The notes under the pieces are model-generated. The model saw only the letters and a program-made list of their open reading frames with translations. It was not told the origin of the DNA and made no database searches. A program made the translations under genes and the position numbers. A stretch of 64,000 bases of DNA, taken from assembly GCA_030704615.1 (NCBI GenBank), contig CM060732.1, positions 52,328,001 through 52,392,000 of the forward strand, given 5' to 3'. Positions 60,930-64,000 of the stretch are shown piece after piece. The DNA comes from Takakia lepidozioides. Taxonomy: Eukaryota > Plantae > Bryophyta. Position 1 is the stretch's first letter; each line of letters starts with the position of its first letter.

Positions 60930-63299
60930 CCCGGCCTTAGCCTCGACCCCCCCCCCTCGCGGCAGCGCCACTGCCCATAGTCACCGCGCCAGGCGCCCCC
61001 CTCCCGCTCCACCCGCTGCCCCCGCGCCGGGTCCCTTGCTCCCGAAACTACTGTCTCACAATGAACTCAGTGTTACTGTACTGCATGCATCCACCATGCA
61101 TACCCCATGAATGCAAGAAATACATCCATGACATCATGACTTTGCCACTTCACTTCACTTCGCTGCCACGATTCCGGACGCTGGTTTCCATCTGCTTGTT
61201 TTTTGCAATTGCCGAGGAAGATCGAAGTTGGGTTCTCTTCAGATGCAGACGCAGACGCAGAACTGTTTTGCTTAGTGACATTGTTTGTGTCGTTTGAGTA
61301 GTTTGTTATTAAGAAGAGTGTCTACTGCTGCCTTCTTGTTACAACTCCCCTAGTTTCGTTTATCGTAGCTTCTCCCCTTCTTCTTGGGGAAATGTGTCAG
61401 GCAGTCTCAGGATTAGGTTGAGCTCAGCGACTATCTTAGGCTTAGAGTGCTATTCTTTTTTATGATGGATGTGTTGTAGCGGGGCATTTGCTTTATCTGG
61501 CCGATGAGTTCTTTGTACAGATTGCCATCCTGTGATCTCTTTCCTGTGGACCCACATGCTTACATGTTAGCTTAAACTCAGTGCAGACACGGACAGAGAG
61601 TGGTTGATTGGAAGCGTTATTGGAGGCACATAGAGGAGTGAGAAATGTTGTGGGTAGACAAGTACCGGCCGCGGACGCTTGGCAAAGTGATGGTGCATGT
61701 CGAGGAAGCCCAACATCTGAAGATCTGGTGAGAACTTTGCATCTTTGCAAAATGCTGTTTTGATCTCAAGAGGTTAACTACAGCAAGCACGTTGCGAAAT
61801 CTACATTGATAGGTTTGTCACAAGTGCGCAAGGTAACTAGAAATGCTGCCAGGCTCAAATATTATCGACTTTCCTCTATGTTCTAGAGGTGTCAAGGATA
61901 AGTAAGGACCACATAGGGCTTTGATTGCCAACCTACTGCAGCGTGTGGCATCAGACCTCGTGCATATATTGGATTGACCATATAGCGTTTCAGTTTTCAC
62001 AAAGGCTGGCCATTTGGCTATCCACACCAGCGTCGCCAGCCCTGCACCACAGTGTAGCAGATTGATATACAACTAAAGCGTGTGCAGGTTGTTTGTTTAC
62101 AATGAGATAAGACTTGATGTGTTAAGCTCACATTCGGGAGTGGGTCTTCGACAAAATATGGAGGGACGGACTGATCTTTGCTAAGAAAGTATGAAAGACA
62201 CTTTATGAAGCTGATTGGGAGTCCAAATGGCTTATGGTACAAATGCACACAGAGGTGTAGAGAAAAGATACTTCATAACGCCCACAAGGTGCCTTCAGGG
62301 CCTGCAAGACAGTTTGGGTCTCACAAGGCCTATGCCAAACAATGGGAATCTGTAGAGAGTGTGTTGAGGGAGAAAGAGATGAATGATGTTCTCTGTGTGG
62401 TCGACAGACAGCACAGGGAGATTGTCCACACTTGTTGTTTTATGGTCCCACTGGAGCAGTCAAGAAAACCCTTATTATGGCATTGCTCCAATAGATGTAT
62501 TGCATCAGTGCTGAAAAGGTCTCTCTCTCTCTCTCATCTTGGGTAGAATATTAAGTGATTCTTTCCTATGGATATCCTGAAACTGACAAGTCTATACTTG
62601 CTACAAAATTCATTCCCTGGCTAGGGCCTTGTGGGATTTATTGTGCCCATTTGCTGGTTTGAATCTAGGGTTTCAGAATCCTTACCCTGCAATTTGGTAT
62701 GATCAAGTGTTCAGCAGAATGCCTCAACGATCTTTGATCACGTGGAATATAATGTTGGCAGGATTTACCAAGCAATGGGTGTGGTAGGAATGCTTCTGAT
62801 CCCTGTCGATCAATAGCTACAGGAAACCTGCGTCAACTAGAAACAGCAGCGCAGCAGCACAGTTGATAAAACTAGGCACTGCTAATGAAGGCACCTTCTT
62901 CAACACATTTCAGCCTGTTTTCCCCTGTTATCAGACTCCCTAAATTTTCAGGTTGAATTCTGCAAGTTAGCTCGTTGGTGGATCTATGGTGGGTTTGGAG
63001 TGATTTTGACATGTTACTGCCAATATGGCAACAGGAAAGTATCGAAGAGCAGATAACAGAGACGAAGAGAAGCTCTGGAATGAATATGTTTCTGACCACA
63101 GTCAAGGGTGGAACAATCGAGGCAAAAAGGTGAATGTCTGTTGGAAGCGCAAGTCAGCATAGGAACTAGTGTGATAAGTAGGGTTGGGGTGTTTACTAGA
63201 ACAAATCTAGGCTGTCATTGTCAGCTGCTAGCAGCAAGGCAAGGATGTATGCATGATTTGTACAGAGTATGGATAGCTGAAGGAGCAGGGATAGAGTTT

Positions 63300-63530
63300 A
63301 GGTCTGGAATGAATACTTTTATGACCCTAGTGCTTGTGTTGTGCTTGTGCAAGCCTGGCAGCCCTGGACAAGGGCAAAGAGGTCCATGGTGACATCATCA
63401 AAGCCGGAATTGTACCCGGTGGGCATGTATGCCAAATGTGGCAGCATTGAGGATGCAAAGGGAGTAGTTGACAATATGGCTGAATGAGGTATAGTGTCGT
63501 GGAGGGCGATGATCGCATGATATGGAGCTG
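63300..63530 (+). pseudogene. PLS-class PPR fragment
   Basis: ACASLAALDKGKEVHGDIIKAG...MYAKCGSIEDA across deletions/frameshifts. Confidence 0.7.
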
Positions 63531-64000
63531 CATGCCTTTTGCTTGATTTTCTTATGTAAGCTTGCTGCTTTTAATGTTGGGTGCTTGTTTCTGTGTATTC
63601 CTCAAAGCAGTGTTCCAACAATGTGGTCCCGTGCCATTGTATGCATGGAGTAGCGATTTGTCTTTGTACTGAGTTGCAATGTCTGTATTTCATGTTTATG
63701 TGTGCTCTGAGTGGATGTGTAACTGATTGCCTGTATTTGGTGTACTGCTGTTTCGGTGTGTGGTTACATTTTTCCTATGGTGCTTGTGGTTGTAGAGGAA
63801 ACACGATACTGTCATACCAGTCTAGAATATGTATTACTGCATGTATGTTTTTGTAAGGATAATGGTAGGAGTTTCAGTATAATGACATACATCCTTGCTT
63901 CAAGGTTACATGTATTAGTCCCCAACTTAGTTGGATGTTTGCAGATCTTATCAGTGTAGTTCATTTCACTGCACTTAATGTACCCCACTTGTATGCCTTG

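Noticed and set aside
61050-63150. Short ORFs in the right flank
   Set aside because: No domain signatures or consistent splice structure; treated as intergenic or intronic.

Overview
Eukaryotic, intron-containing land-plant DNA, most likely a moss or other bryophyte (inferred from the moss-type SWEET sequence and PLS/DYW-PPR relics). The left ~23 kb holds host genes and small insertions: a LEA-like pseudogene split by an RTE-X-like LINE, a PPR-DYW relic, an intact 6-exon SWEET transporter, a MITE cluster, a ~2 kb dispersed duplication and an intact WAK/LRK10L-type receptor kinase. From ~24 to 61 kb is a nest of decayed transposons unusually rich in chromatin/DNA-modifying cargo. (i) A Ty3/Gypsy element whose pol carries an in-frame DNMT3-like C5 methyltransferase between protease and RT and a PHD finger after integrase. 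(ii) A Mutator-type DDE transposon with a divergently transcribed, spliced gene encoding a ParB/Srx-like domain plus a beta-class N4C/N6A-methyltransferase-like domain, with ~63-64 bp-phased palindromic ATTTCGGCGCCGAAAT sites between the genes, near the right end and inside the cargo gene's introns. (iii) A rearranged CACTA element whose TnpA-like gene contains an FCP1/NIF HAD domain, interleaved with pieces of a second member of the same ParB-MTase family. The ParB-MTase plus phased palindrome cassette is the best candidate for an undescribed system. All family assignments are from motif recognition by eye, not database searches.
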